40,546 nucleotides of DNA from Thermoplasmata archaeon (GCA_022750355.1 JAKIVW010000003.1:1-40546), one strand, 5' to 3'; positions 8,970 to 19,268 are shown, counted from the first letter of the stretch. Notes: generated from the letters alone by a model not told the origin. Numbers and translations are program-made.

Positions 8970-9758
8970 ATGTCGACCCGGGCCGTCGCGAACGACTTCG
9001 ACCAGATCTCTCCCGAGTACGATGCCACCCGCCTCCCGCTCGAGCCGGCAACGCTGGACGGGATCGTGCGGGCGCTCCGGGACCGCGGCGTTCAGCGGGT
9101 TTTGGAGGTCGGTGTGGGTACCGGTCGCATCGCTCGTCCCCTGGAGGAGCGCGGATTCGAGGTCACGGGGCTCGACGGATCGCTGGGAATGATGGCCCAC
9201 GCCCGGGGGAAAGGGGTGCGTCGGTTGGTCCGGGGGAGCGCGTATCGACTCCCGTTCCGCGATCAAGCGTTCGATGCAACGTTGTTCGTTCACGTGCTGC
9301 ACACGCTCGACGACCCGCCGAGTGCGCTCTCCGAAGCGGATCGTGTCGGTCGGGAGGGCGCGTTTGCGCTCGTTCACCCGGGGACCGGATCGGACCCGGC
9401 GCCCCGGGGGGGAGAACGGGAGGAGGGCCGACGTGCATTCTACCGGGCGCTCGCTCGGGAGGGGTTCCCGCCTCCCGACCGACAGGGGGGGCCGGGGGTT
9501 CGCGAGCGACTCATTCTGAACATCATCCCGCCCAACGACGTGATCACGCTCTCCGACCGCGAGGTGACCGAACCGTTGTCCCAAGCGCTCGGGATGTTCG
9601 AGCGGAGGGCCAATCGGCATACCTTGAACGTCCCCCCCGCCACGCTGGAGCGTGCAGTGGCTTCCGCTCGGGTGGAACTGGGCGATCGGGCCGTCACCTT
9701 CCGTCGCATCGAAGCGCTGGCGAGGTGGAGCCGACACTCTCGAACCGGACGCGGGTAA
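8970..9758 (+). CDS. Class I SAM-dependent methyltransferase
   Basis: 262-aa ORF with motif I VLEVGVGTGRIARPL, an EVTGLDGS acidic loop and DATLFVHVLH. Confidence 0.8.
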   Translation: MSTRAVANDFDQISPEYDATRLPLEPATLDGIVRALRDRGVQRVLEVGVGTGRIARPLEERGFEVTGLDGSLGMMAHARGKGVRRLVRGSAYRLPFRDQAFDATLFVHVLHTLDDPPSALSEADRVGREGAFALVHPGTGSDPAPRGGEREEGRRAFYRALAREGFPPPDRQGGPGVRERLILNIIPPNDVITLSDREVTEPLSQALGMFERRANRHTLNVPPATLERAVASARVELGDRAVTFRRIEALARWSRHSRTGRG

Positions 9759-9770
9759 CTGGGTCGGCCG

Positions 9771-12373
9771 TTAGCGCGCGAAGCGGTGTTCCATCACGTA
9801 CGGGAGTACGCCCCCCGCCCGATAGTAGGCGAGCTCGGTCGCGCTCTTCAGACGGCACTCCACTCGGAACGATCGAGGAGGAGCGTCTTCGGACCGCGCT
9901 CTCACGTCGAGCATCACCCCGGGCCCGAGGAGCGAATCGCTGGGGAGGGTGATGTCGAACGTCTCGCGCCCGGTGAGGCCGAGGGAGGTCCAGCTCTCAC
10001 CGGGTCGGTACGTGAGCGGCAACACCCCCATCTCGATCAAGTTGATCCGGTGGATCCGTTCGAAGCTCTCAGCGATGACGGCGCCGACCCCGAGCAGGCG
10101 GGGTCCCTTGGCGGCCCAGTCGCGCGAACTTCCCTGCCCGTAGCTTTTGCCCGCGAACACGAGGAGGGGAACCCCCTCCGAGCCGTACTTCTGAGCGGCA
10201 TCGAACACGGTCATCGTCTCTCCCTCGGGGAGGTGTCGCGTGTAGCCGCCCTCCTTCGGGCGAACGAGGTCGTTCTTCAGGCGCACGTTCGCGAACGTCC
10301 CCCGAACGAGGACCTCGTGGTGACCGCGGCGGGCCCCGTACGTGTTGAACTCGGACGGAGGCACCCCGTGGGCTCGTAGGTAGGCGCCCGCGGGAGAGGT
10401 TTCCGCGATCTCCCCCGCGGGTGAAATGTGGTCGGTCGTGACGCGGTCCCCCACCACGACGAGGGGCCGGGCGCCTCGAACGAAGATCCCGTCGGTCGCC
10501 AACCAGGGCGGTGGAAGGTGCAGGTAGGGTGCCTCGGCGAGGTAGGTCGAATCCGGAGACCAGGCGTAGTTCGGCCCGTGCGGAGGGTTGAGGGACTCCC
10601 AGTGGGCGTCCCCGACCTCGATGGCGCGGTACTCCTTGTGAAACATTGCCGGCTCAATGTTCGCTTCCACCACACGCCGCACTTCTTCGGGGGGGGGCCA
10701 CAGGTCCCGGAGGAAGACCGGGGTCCCGTCGGTCGAATGCCCGAGCGGGTCGGTCGTCAGGTTCAGGTCCATTCGCCCGGCCAGGGCGTAGGCGACGACG
10801 AGCATCGGGGAGGCGAGGTAGTTCGCGCGCACGAGATTCTGGATCCGGGCCTCGAAGTTCCGATTTCCGCTCAGGATCGCCGCGACGTACAGGTCCTGGG
10901 CCACGACTTGTTGGGCGACCGCGGGCGGGAGTGGGCCGGAGTTGCCGATACAGGTCGTGCACCCGTACCCGACGAGGGAGAATCCCAGGCCGGCGAGGGG
11001 GGCCATGAGGCCGGCTTTCTCGAGATAATCCGTGACGACCTTCGACCCGGGAGCGAGGGAGGTCTTGACGTGGGGGGGGACCTTGAGTCCGAGCGAGAGC
11101 GCTTTCCGGGCGATCAGTCCCGCGCCGACCATCACGTACGGGTTGGAGGTGTTGGTGCAGCTGGTGATCGCCGCGATCACCACGGAGCCGTCCGACACCG
11201 GAGGCTCGACCGGGGGAGCCGTGGCCGCGTCCGCGGCAACCGGTCGCCCCTTCCGGTAGGCGGCCAGCGCTTCTCCGAAGGAACGCGCCGCCTCCGCGAC
11301 GGCGACGCTCTCCTCAGGGTTCCGAGGTCCCGAGATCGTAGGGACCACGGTCCCGATGTCGATACGGACCACGTCATCGTAGTCGATGGACCCGGGAGTG
11401 GGGGATCCCCAAAGCCCGGTCGCGCGCGCGTACGCGTCCACGCGTCGGACGATGGCCGGATCTCGCCCCGTGAAGGTGAGGTACGCGATCGTCGCCTCGT
11501 CGATCGGAAAGTAGGCGGCCGTCGCACCATACTCGGGGCACATATTCGAGATCGTCGCCCGATCCGCCACCCCCAGGTGCGTGACACCGGGCCCGAAGAA
11601 TTCGACGAACCTGTCGACCACCCCCTTCTCTCGGAGCCGCCGCGTGACCGTGAGGACCAAGTCGGTGGCGGTCGCGCCGGCGGGCAGGCTGCCCACGAGT
11701 TCGACTCCGATCACCACCGGGCGCGGAAGGAAGTACGGTCGGTCCCGATGAGCGTGTCCGGGAACGCGACCGCCGTCCCATTCACCTCCCGTCGGACGAC
11801 CACCTGGGAGAGGTGTTCGAGATTGACCTGGTGGCAGATCCCGTTCCCCGGGGGGACGATCCGGTAGTTCGAATACGCCTCCTTCGCCCATCGCAGGAAT
11901 CGGTACCGCTCGTGGTTCCGTTCATACTCGCGATCGAGGTTGATGAGGAGCGATTTCGGAGACCCGAAACTGTCCACTTGCACGGAGTGATCGACGATCA
12001 GGTCGACCGGTACCGTCGGGTTGACGCGCTCCGGTGCGATGCCACGGGCGACCGCCGCGCTCCGGAGCGTGGCGAGGTCCACGATGACGGGGACTCCGGT
12101 GAAATCCTGCAGAAGCACCCGTTCGGGATAGTACGCGAATTCGACCCGATCGGCGAGCGGACCCCCGTTCGCGAGGGCCCGGATCTCTGGGAGATCGGTA
12201 TGGCTCGGGTCGAAGTGGCGTACGATGTTCTCGAGCAGGACCCGAACCGTCCGCGGACGACGCGCGAGCCGGACCGGTTCCACCCCTTCGAGCCGGTCGA
12301 CTCGAAAAACGGTCGCGCGTTCGCCGCCGAGATCGACGATCTCGGTGACGTGCAGGGGATCGGAGAGACTCAT
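9771..12373 (-). pseudogene. acnA: Aconitate hydratase (AcnA/IRP type) with an internal out-of-frame deletion
   Basis: The N-terminal fragment is 11711..12373 (...PPGNGICHQVNLEHL...FPDTLIGTD). The C-terminal fragment has homology from about 11738 down to 9771 (PYFLPRPVVIGVELVGSLPAGATATDLVLTVT..., SCTNTS, CTTCIGNSG, SSRDWAAKG). The segment SHTTM..[11 protein letters not shown]..LGQ that joins these blocks in all aconitases is absent, and the two parts are in different frames. Confidence 0.85.
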
Positions 12374-12378
12374 GTGGG

Positions 12379-13392
12379 CTAGAGCACGCCACGGTTCTTG
12401 GCGTCTTTGGGCGGCCCGGGCGGACCAGGAGGCATCCGGATCGACCTTGACCACGTCGCTCGAAGGAGGTCACCCGGAGCCGGTGTCTCCCCGTCGTCCG
12501 GCCCCCGCACCTCGACCCGCGCCCCGTCGGAAGTGCGCAGGATCACGAGGCGTTCCCCGCCGGTGGTTCCGGCGGCGACGACCGTCAGGGCCGGGCCGTC
12601 GGGACCCACGGGGGAGAGTCGCACCTCCCGGGGGTCCACGGCCTCGGGACCCTGAGCGCCGACGAGGATGTTGTACCCGAGGAATCGAGCGGCACGTTCC
12701 GAGCCCGGATCGGCGAACAGCTGGATCGGCGGGGCCACGCGGTCCAAGTGTCCGTCAAACAACAGCCCGACCCGGTCCCCGAGGAACAACCCTTCCGGGC
12801 GGTCGTGGGTGACGTGGATCGCGGAAGCACCCGCGGCCCGCAGCGCCCTTCGAAAGTCGGCGCGCAACTCGGCCTTGAGCTCCGGATCGATGGAGGCGAA
12901 CGGTTCGTCCAGGAGCACCATGCGGGGCCGGGCCGCGAGGGTGCGGGCTAAGGCGACCCGTTGCCGCTCCCCGCCCGAGAGCTGATCCGGCGCGCGATCC
13001 TCGAAGCCCGAGAGCCCGAGAAGGGCGACCTGGCGTCCGACCTCCTCGTCCACGGACGAACGGGAACGTCGCTGGAGCAAGGGCGCGTACGCGATGTTCT
13101 CGTAGACGGTCCGATGAGGGAACAACGCAGCGTCCTGGAACATGAGTCCGATCCCCCGGCGGTGAGCGGGCACGCCGGTCACGTCCCGTCCCTCGAGGAA
13201 GATCCGCCCGAGGGTCGGGGCCTCGAGCCCTGCGAGGCACCGGAGGAGGGTCGACTTTCCGCTCCCGTTCGGCCCGAGCAGGACGAACAGCTCCCCCGGG
13301 CCGACTTCGAAGGTGACCCCTTCCAGGACGGGCGTCCGGCCCCACGCGGCCGATAGGCCCTCGACGCGGAGCATCGGCTCAGAGTTCAACAC
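12379..13392 (-). CDS. thiQ: ABC transporter ATP-binding protein (ThiQ-like, with a C-terminal regulatory/TOBE-like extension)
   Basis: Walker A GPNGSGKST, signature LSGGERQR and Walker B MVLLDEP. GTG 13392 is preceded by GGAGGT. It is the last gene of the riboswitch-controlled operon. Confidence 0.8.
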   Translation of the reverse strand: MLNSEPMLRVEGLSAAWGRTPVLEGVTFEVGPGELFVLLGPNGSGKSTLLRCLAGLEAPTLGRIFLEGRDVTGVPAHRRGIGLMFQDAALFPHRTVYENIAYAPLLQRRSRSSVDEEVGRQVALLGLSGFEDRAPDQLSGGERQRVALARTLAARPRMVLLDEPFASIDPELKAELRADFRRALRAAGASAIHVTHDRPEGLFLGDRVGLLFDGHLDRVAPPIQLFADPGSERAARFLGYNILVGAQGPEAVDPREVRLSPVGPDGPALTVVAAGTTGGERLVILRTSDGARVEVRGPDDGETPAPGDLLRATWSRSIRMPPGPPGPPKDAKNRGVL

Positions 13393-14998
13393 GTCGACCT
13401 CCGAGCGAGATCACCAGGAAGACGAGGAGGCTGAGCAGGAGGAGCAACCCGGCCGCCGCGTCCGCCGCCGGGAGCTGGCGCGCCCCGATGAGGCCGTACA
13501 ACGCGACCGGTAGGGTCGTGAAGCGAGGGGTCACCAGAAAGTAAGTGGCGGTGAATTCTCCGAGGCCCAACGCAAAAGCGAACAGACTCGCGGTGACGAG
13601 GCCGTCCCGGACGCGGGGCAGGTCCGCGTCGAGGAAGGCGGAGAATCGGCCCGCGCCCAAACTTTCCGCCGCTTCCCGACCGGCCGCGGAAAGCCCGGCG
13701 AGCGGGATCCCGAGACTTTGGAGCGCGAACGGGAGGGCGAGAACGGTCTGGCTGACGATCACGAGTGCCCACACCGAACCCTCGCCGCCCAGGAGCGGCC
13801 GCCAGAATGTCGCGAGGGAGAGCGCGAGCACCACCGGGGAGAGCAGCAGGGGTACGAACAGCAACAGACCCAGCCCCGAGCTTCGCCCGGGTTTGCGCAG
13901 GACCGCATACGCCGCGGGAACGGCGAGGACGACCGTGATCCCGGCGGCCGCCACCGCGAAGAGCAAGGTGTTCGCGATCGCGGACGGTATCCCGATCCCG
14001 AGGCGGTTCGATGTGGCCGGACCGAAAAGGGTCGTCCAGGCGCTGCCCGCACCACCCCCCCCGTCCGGAACGAGGGTTCGGAAGAGGACGGCTCCCAGGA
14101 GGATGGTGACCCCGGCCAGCACCGCGACCGTTTCGAATGCAAGGGCGGCGGTCGTTCCCGTCCAGACGAGGGGCCGCCCCGGCGGAGCTTTCCGACCCGA
14201 GGGCGCAGCGAGTCGACGGACCAGGTAGAGGTACCCCAACGTGGGCGCGAGGAACAGAACGACCATCACGAGCGCCAGTCCCCCGGCCTCAGAGGGAGCG
14301 AGGAGGATCTGGTCGAGCGACCAGATCCGCGCCTCGACCGTGTAGCACCGTTCGCCGCAGAGCAGCAACGGCGGCGCGAACGAGAGGGCGGAGAAGAGGA
14401 ACGTGAGCAACCCTCCCGCGGCCGCACCGATCCAGGTCGGCCGCCCCCACGCGTCCCGGTAGGCTCGCGCGGGGGAGCCCCCCAGTGTCACCACGGTCTC
14501 CTCGAGGTCGGACGACGCCGTCTCACAGCCGGCAGCGGTGAGGATCACGACCAAGGGGACGTTGAAGATCAGATTCGCGGCCACGATGCCGGGGATCCCG
14601 TGGCCCAAAAATTGGAGCCACGGGGCAGGGGTGGTGAGGAGCCCGCCGGCCCCGAACAGATCCTCGATCCCCAGCACTACGATCAGGCTCGGCAGCAGGA
14701 ACGGAACGAGGAGGAGGGAGCGGACCAGGTCGCGCCCCGGCCAGCGGTACCGGCCTAGGAAGACCCCGGCCGGATACCCGAAGGCCACGGCGAGGGCGGC
14801 CGACACCCCGCCCTGAAGAAGCGAGTTCGTGACCGCTCGTTGATTGAGCGGAAGGGCGAGCAGGCTCCCCAGACCACCGAGACCGCCCACGGCCGAGATC
14901 GAACTCGCGAAGAGCAGTCCCACCGGGATCAGTGCGAACAACACGACGAACGCCGCGATGGGGGCGACCATCGCCAGCTCGGTCAGCGAGCGCTTCAT
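13379..14998 (-). CDS. thiP: ABC transporter permease, duplicated 12-TM type (ThiP-like)
   Basis: ORF 13379..15163 trimmed to ATG 14998 (MKRSLTELAMVAPIAAFVVLF...). That ATG overlaps the upstream stop as ATGA. The protein is about 540 aa and hydrophobic throughout, with two permease halves. Confidence 0.8.
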   Translation of the reverse strand: MKRSLTELAMVAPIAAFVVLFALIPVGLLFASSISAVGGLGGLGSLLALPLNQRAVTNSLLQGGVSAALAVAFGYPAGVFLGRYRWPGRDLVRSLLLVPFLLPSLIVVLGIEDLFGAGGLLTTPAPWLQFLGHGIPGIVAANLIFNVPLVVILTAAGCETASSDLEETVVTLGGSPARAYRDAWGRPTWIGAAAGGLLTFLFSALSFAPPLLLCGERCYTVEARIWSLDQILLAPSEAGGLALVMVVLFLAPTLGYLYLVRRLAAPSGRKAPPGRPLVWTGTTAALAFETVAVLAGVTILLGAVLFRTLVPDGGGGAGSAWTTLFGPATSNRLGIGIPSAIANTLLFAVAAAGITVVLAVPAAYAVLRKPGRSSGLGLLLFVPLLLSPVVLALSLATFWRPLLGGEGSVWALVIVSQTVLALPFALQSLGIPLAGLSAAGREAAESLGAGRFSAFLDADLPRVRDGLVTASLFAFALGLGEFTATYFLVTPRFTTLPVALYGLIGARQLPAADAAAGLLLLLSLLVFLVISLGGRRVEL

Positions 14999-16158
14999 CC
15001 CGACCCGGTCGCGAGGGTGAGCCATTGGTCGACCCAACTCGTCAGGTTCGTGGCGACCTGGGAGGGAGTCGTATCGGCGTTGAGGGGGGTGATGGTCGAC
15101 GGGTCCACGGCGGCCGCGTACACCGAGGGCAGTCCGACCGTCTCGTTCGCGGGATATTCCCATTCATTGAGCGGGATGAGGTTCTGTACCGTGCCTCCCA
15201 GGAACCAATCCTCGAACTGCTCGTCGAGGGAGAGGTGGTGGGACCCGGCGACAATCCCGACCCCGTAGATCGTCCTCCAGCCGTACGCGGTACCGTTCCA
15301 CCAGGAAACGGTAGAGTTGTACTGGCCCGCCTGGCCGTTCGCCGCGGCGTAGGCCGGGTCGGTGGTGTACGACACGACCAGCTGGGGGTTGTCGGTCGGG
15401 CTCGTGAACTCCCCGAACGCCGTACCCCAGTCCGGCGCCGGTGGCCAGGCCTGCATCTCCGGAAGGACGGTGGCCCAGAAACTCTGCCAATCCTGGTGGA
15501 GCACGTGCTCGTAGTACTCGATCTCCCAGACCAGGAACTCCTCCCCCGTGATGTCGACGGACGGGTCCTCGACGAGCAGTTGACGGGCCCAGCTCGCATT
15601 CTGCACGAACTCAGGGAACGTCGCGTGGTCCACGGCCCCCTGGGTCTGCGCGGAAAAGCTCGAGTTGTAGTCGATCCCCAAGTACCCCCACTCGTACGGA
15701 ACGACCGCATCGTCGGGAGACAGTTCGGAGACGAGAGTCGGGGATACGTTCGCGAGCTCCGGGGGGGCATAGGGGATGAGCAAGTGGTGGGCGTCGGCCT
15801 CCGGGGCGGTGAGCTCGTCGAGCCCGATCACCAGGTCGGCGCCCGGAGCGTTCTGCTGGGCGAGCAGGGTGCTCGCGAGCGTGCCGGCCGGACACTCGAC
15901 GTCGATGTGGACGTCGTGGGCCGTCTCGAAGGCCCCGAAGACGGTCGACCAATTCGTCGCCCCGCAATCGGTCCCGCCGAAGAGGCTCGCATACGTGTAG
16001 ATCACCAGTGTAGCGGTCTGCTGGCTCGCGAGCGTGTAGAGTCCAAGGCCGGCGACGAGCACGACGACGACGGAGAGGACCGCGACGAGCACTCGTCGCG
16101 AGCGGCCGGGACCCCGAAGTCGGCGGGGCGCGACCGTGCCGACCGATCCCCCGCTCAT
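14995..16158 (-). CDS. thiB: Thiamine/TPP ABC transporter substrate-binding protein (TbpA/ThiB family), membrane-anchored
   Basis: Blocks match my memory of E. coli TbpA: LVIYTYASLF, ADLVIGLDELT, VVPYEWGYLGIDYN, VVSYTTDPAY and IPLNEWEYP. An N-terminal signal anchor is present, and a TPP riboswitch lies immediately upstream. Confidence 0.85.
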   Translation of the reverse strand: MSGGSVGTVAPRRLRGPGRSRRVLVAVLSVVVVLVAGLGLYTLASQQTATLVIYTYASLFGGTDCGATNWSTVFGAFETAHDVHIDVECPAGTLASTLLAQQNAPGADLVIGLDELTAPEADAHHLLIPYAPPELANVSPTLVSELSPDDAVVPYEWGYLGIDYNSSFSAQTQGAVDHATFPEFVQNASWARQLLVEDPSVDITGEEFLVWEIEYYEHVLHQDWQSFWATVLPEMQAWPPAPDWGTAFGEFTSPTDNPQLVVSYTTDPAYAAANGQAGQYNSTVSWWNGTAYGWRTIYGVGIVAGSHHLSLDEQFEDWFLGGTVQNLIPLNEWEYPANETVGLPSVYAAAVDPSTITPLNADTTPSQVATNLTSWVDQWLTLATGSG

Positions 16159-16160
16159 CC

Positions 16161-16300
16161 CTCCGCAGGACCGGCGGAGAGTGGCCTCAGTTGCCTCATC
16201 GCGTTCCCTTCGCGGGCATTATCCCGTGCAGGTTCCTGGGGTCGACGAGGTCGCCCTCGTCCTCTCAGCCGGTACCAGCTCCCCCTGCGGCCGAGCCACT
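16161..16300 (-). promoter_or_regulatory. TPP (THI-box) riboswitch plus SD-sequestering hairpin
   Basis: The minus-strand RNA reads GGGGAGC..GCUGAGA..(P3 ACGAGG/CCUCGU)..ACCC..AACCUGcaCGGGAUAAUGCCCGCGaaGGGAA. An outer helix pairs 16300-16295 with 16185-16180. The hairpin CUCCGC/GCGGAG (16179-16161) covers the GGAGG just before ATG 16158. Confidence 0.9.
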
Positions 16301-16338
16301 TCCGCTGGACACTTAACGATTCTTGAGTCCGCCGTTCT

Positions 16339-16346
16339 CTTATACA
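16339..16346. promoter_or_regulatory. TATA-like box shared by the divergent thi operon and pdxS
   Basis: cttataca / tgtataag is the only AT island in the 220-nt divergent intergenic region. It lies about 37 nt from pdxS ATG 16379 and about 40 nt upstream of the riboswitch 5' end. Confidence 0.4.
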
Positions 16347-16378
16347 CCGCCGCACACTAACGCCGACAGGAAGATTCC

Positions 16379-17320
16379 ATGGCAGACCCCATCCACAAGC
16401 TCCGGTTCGGGACGGAGCTGGTCAAGCGTGGGTTCGCCCGGATGCAACAGGGCGGCGTCATCATGGATGTGACGACGGCCGACCAAGCGTCCATCGCCGA
16501 AGAGGCCGGAGCGGTCGCGGTCATGGCGCTCGAGCGCGTGCCCGCCGACATCCGTGCCGCCGGCGGGGTGGCCCGGATGGCCGACCCGGTGAAGATTCGC
16601 GAGATCGAGGACCGGGTATCGATCCCGGTGATGGCCAAGTGTCGGATCGGTCACACCTCGGAGGCACGGATCTTGGAGGCGCTGGGGGTGGACATGATCG
16701 ACGAGTCGGAGGTCCTCACGCCCGCCGACCCGTTCTACCACGTGGAAAAGAAGGGGTTCAAGGTGCCCTTCGTGTGCGGGGCCCGCAACCTGGGCGAGGC
16801 GCTCCGACGCATCGACGAGGGGGCCGCGATGATTCGGACCAAGGGAGAGGCGGGGACCGGCAACGTGGTCGAGGCGATCCGCCACATCCGACAGATCCGA
16901 AACGAGGTCGACGAGCTCGTCGCGATGCCGAAGAAGGATGTTCCGATCTGGGCCAAGCGGGAGCGCGTGACCGAGGCCGTCTGCGGGGAGGTTCGTTCCC
17001 TTCGCCGGCTACCGGTCGTCAATTTCGCGGCCGGAGGGATCGCGACCCCGGCCGATGCGGCCCTCTGCCGCTTGCTCGGCGTGGACGGGATCTTTGTCGG
17101 AAGTGGGATCTTCAAGGCCGAACACCCGATGAAGGTCGCCCGCGCCATCGTGGAGGCGTCCCTCCACTTCGACGACCCGGAGGTTCTCGTTCGGGTCTCC
17201 TCGGGCCTCGGGGAGCCGATGAAAGGGATCGACCTGGCCGGGCTCCCCCCCGACGCCCTATTCCAAGGGCGGGAATCCTCGCCGCTGGGAAACTCCCGCG
17301 CCGGCTCGACCGGGGCCTAG
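16379..17320 (+). CDS. pdxS: Pyridoxal 5'-phosphate synthase, lyase subunit PdxS
   Basis: Near-invariant PdxS blocks: [70 protein letters not shown] and [11 protein letters not shown]. Confidence 0.97.
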   Translation: MADPIHKLRFGTELVKRGFARMQQGGVIMDVTTADQASIAEEAGAVAVMALERVPADIRAAGGVARMADPVKIREIEDRVSIPVMAKCRIGHTSEARILEALGVDMIDESEVLTPADPFYHVEKKGFKVPFVCGARNLGEALRRIDEGAAMIRTKGEAGTGNVVEAIRHIRQIRNEVDELVAMPKKDVPIWAKRERVTEAVCGEVRSLRRLPVVNFAAGGIATPADAALCRLLGVDGIFVGSGIFKAEHPMKVARAIVEASLHFDDPEVLVRVSSGLGEPMKGIDLAGLPPDALFQGRESSPLGNSRAGSTGA

Positions 17321-17326
17321 CCGGCC

Positions 17327-18460
17327 GTGCGGATCGTCCAGGTCTCCCCCTTCTTCTATCCCCACACGGGTGGCGTGGAATCCCACGTCCGGACGCTCGC
17401 CCGAGAGTTCGCGCGCCTGGGGCATCAGGTCACGGTCGTCACCTCCCGGTTCCGACGCGATCTCCCTTCGGAAGAGGCGTTCGAGGGATACCGGATCGTT
17501 CGCGCGAAATCTCTCGGCTCGATCCTCAACACTCCGATCGATTACGGAACGCGCCTCGCGGTCCGGCGTCAGGAAGGCGACGTCTTCCACCTGCACTACC
17601 CGCCACCGCTCACCTCGTTCTTCGCGACGCGGGGGCTGACCGGCCGCCGGGTCCCGGTCTGCCTCACGTACCATTGTGACCTCGACCTCCCCGGCATCAC
17701 CGGGCGCATCGCGGCTCGGGCCTACCAGCGCGTGTTCCTCCCCCCGACGCTGCGCCGGGTCAACCGGATCGTCGTGCACACCCGCAGCTACGGGAGCACC
17801 TCGGCGAGCTTGCGGGGTCGGGACCTCGAGGTGATCCCGTCCGTGGTCGATCTGGATCGATTCCGCCCGGGCCTGGACCCGGGTTCGTTGCGGACCAGCC
17901 TCGACCTCGAGGGAAAACGGGTGGTGGTCTTCACGGGCCGCCTCGTACCCCACAAAGGGGTGGACGTCCTGTTGGATGCGATGGCCGAGCTACCGAAGGA
18001 CGTCGTCCTGCTCCTCATCGGTGCCGGCCCCCGCCTCGCCGGACTCCGGACCCGGGCTCGACGGATGGACATCGGGGACCGTGTGCGGTTCTGCTCGAAC
18101 GTCTCCGACGAGGACCTCCCCCTCCACCTGGCTCTCGGGAACGTCTTCGTCTTCCCTTCCGAGAACCGACTCGAAGGATTCGGCCTCGCCGTCGCGGAGG
18201 CGATGGCCGCCGGGCTGCCCGTGGTGACGGCCGACATGCCCGGGGTGCGGGAAGTGATCGAACCGGGCGTCGAAGGTTTGCTCGCCGAGCCGCTGCTCGC
18301 GCACGACGTCGCGGAGAAACTGCGCCGGCTGCTGGACGACCCTCGGCTCGCGCATCAGATGGGCGCGGCCGGCCGACTCCGGGCCGAGCATCGGTATGGG
18401 TTGGCGACGGTGGTGCGCCAGTTGCTCAAGTTGTACGCAGGCCTGATCGCAGCTGGTTGA
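17327..18460 (+). CDS. Glycosyltransferase family 4
   Basis: MRIVQVSPFFYPHTGGVESHV N-terminus, and a GT-B C-terminal EGFGLAVAEAMAAGLPVV motif. GTG start. Confidence 0.85.
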   Translation: MRIVQVSPFFYPHTGGVESHVRTLAREFARLGHQVTVVTSRFRRDLPSEEAFEGYRIVRAKSLGSILNTPIDYGTRLAVRRQEGDVFHLHYPPPLTSFFATRGLTGRRVPVCLTYHCDLDLPGITGRIAARAYQRVFLPPTLRRVNRIVVHTRSYGSTSASLRGRDLEVIPSVVDLDRFRPGLDPGSLRTSLDLEGKRVVVFTGRLVPHKGVDVLLDAMAELPKDVVLLLIGAGPRLAGLRTRARRMDIGDRVRFCSNVSDEDLPLHLALGNVFVFPSENRLEGFGLAVAEAMAAGLPVVTADMPGVREVIEPGVEGLLAEPLLAHDVAEKLRRLLDDPRLAHQMGAAGRLRAEHRYGLATVVRQLLKLYAGLIAAG

Positions 18461-19268
18461 TCTGGGTCCTCAGCCGGGCCGCCTCGGCTCCCGCGGCGCG
18501 CTTCCAATCCTTGCCGGAAGACGCGTAGATGACGCTGCGCGAAGCGCTCACGAGCAACGCCCGCCCTTCGGAATCGACCCCTTCCCGGACCGCGGTCGCC
18601 AGCGAACCGCCCTGCGCCCCGATACCGGGGACGAGGAGGGGCACTTTGTTCCCGAGGGTCGTGCGAGCCAGCCGGAACGCGTCGGAGAACGTCGCGCCGA
18701 CGACCGCCCCGACGTTTCCGTGCGCGTGGGCGAGCCGACGGACCTCGGCGACGATCGCCAGCCACAGCGGGCCCCGAGGAGTGGGGATCTCCTGGAAGTC
18801 CACCGAGCCCGGATTGGAGGAGTGGGCGATCACGAACACTCCGTGGGCCGGGTCGGCATGGAACGGCTCGAGACTCTCCCAGCCGAGCCAGGGGGTCACG
18901 GTGATCGCGTCGAACCCCATCTCGTCGAACGCGGCGTCCCGGAAGAATCGCATCGTGTTCGGGATATCGTTCGCTTTGAGGTCGAGGATCCGGATTCGCG
19001 TGTTCCCGATCCTCTTGGGAAGGCGGGCGAGCGCTCGCATCCCGGCTTCGCCATAGGGGAGGTACGTCGCGAGTTGCATCTTGTACGCTGCGGCGTGCGG
19101 CGCGGTCGCATCGACGATCCCGTCCAGGAAGCGGTCGAGTCGCCGACCGGCGGGCAGGGCCCGAATCGGTTTGGGGAGCAATGCGGGGTCGGGGTCCAAC
19201 CCCACGCAGAGCAGGGAGTCGCGCGCCTTCAGGATCCGGTCCATCCGGTCGATGAATCGCTGCGGCAC
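18426..19268 (-). CDS. pyrF: Orotidine 5'-phosphate decarboxylase (type 2)
   Basis: LCVGLDPD, ILDLKANDIPNT and PGIGAQGG motifs. GTG start. The 3' end overlaps the convergent GT4 gene by 35 nt. Confidence 0.9.
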   Translation of the reverse strand: MPQRFIDRMDRILKARDSLLCVGLDPDPALLPKPIRALPAGRRLDRFLDGIVDATAPHAAAYKMQLATYLPYGEAGMRALARLPKRIGNTRIRILDLKANDIPNTMRFFRDAAFDEMGFDAITVTPWLGWESLEPFHADPAHGVFVIAHSSNPGSVDFQEIPTPRGPLWLAIVAEVRRLAHAHGNVGAVVGATFSDAFRLARTTLGNKVPLLVPGIGAQGGSLATAVREGVDSEGRALLVSASRSVIYASSGKDWKRAAGAEAARLRTQINQLRSGLRTT

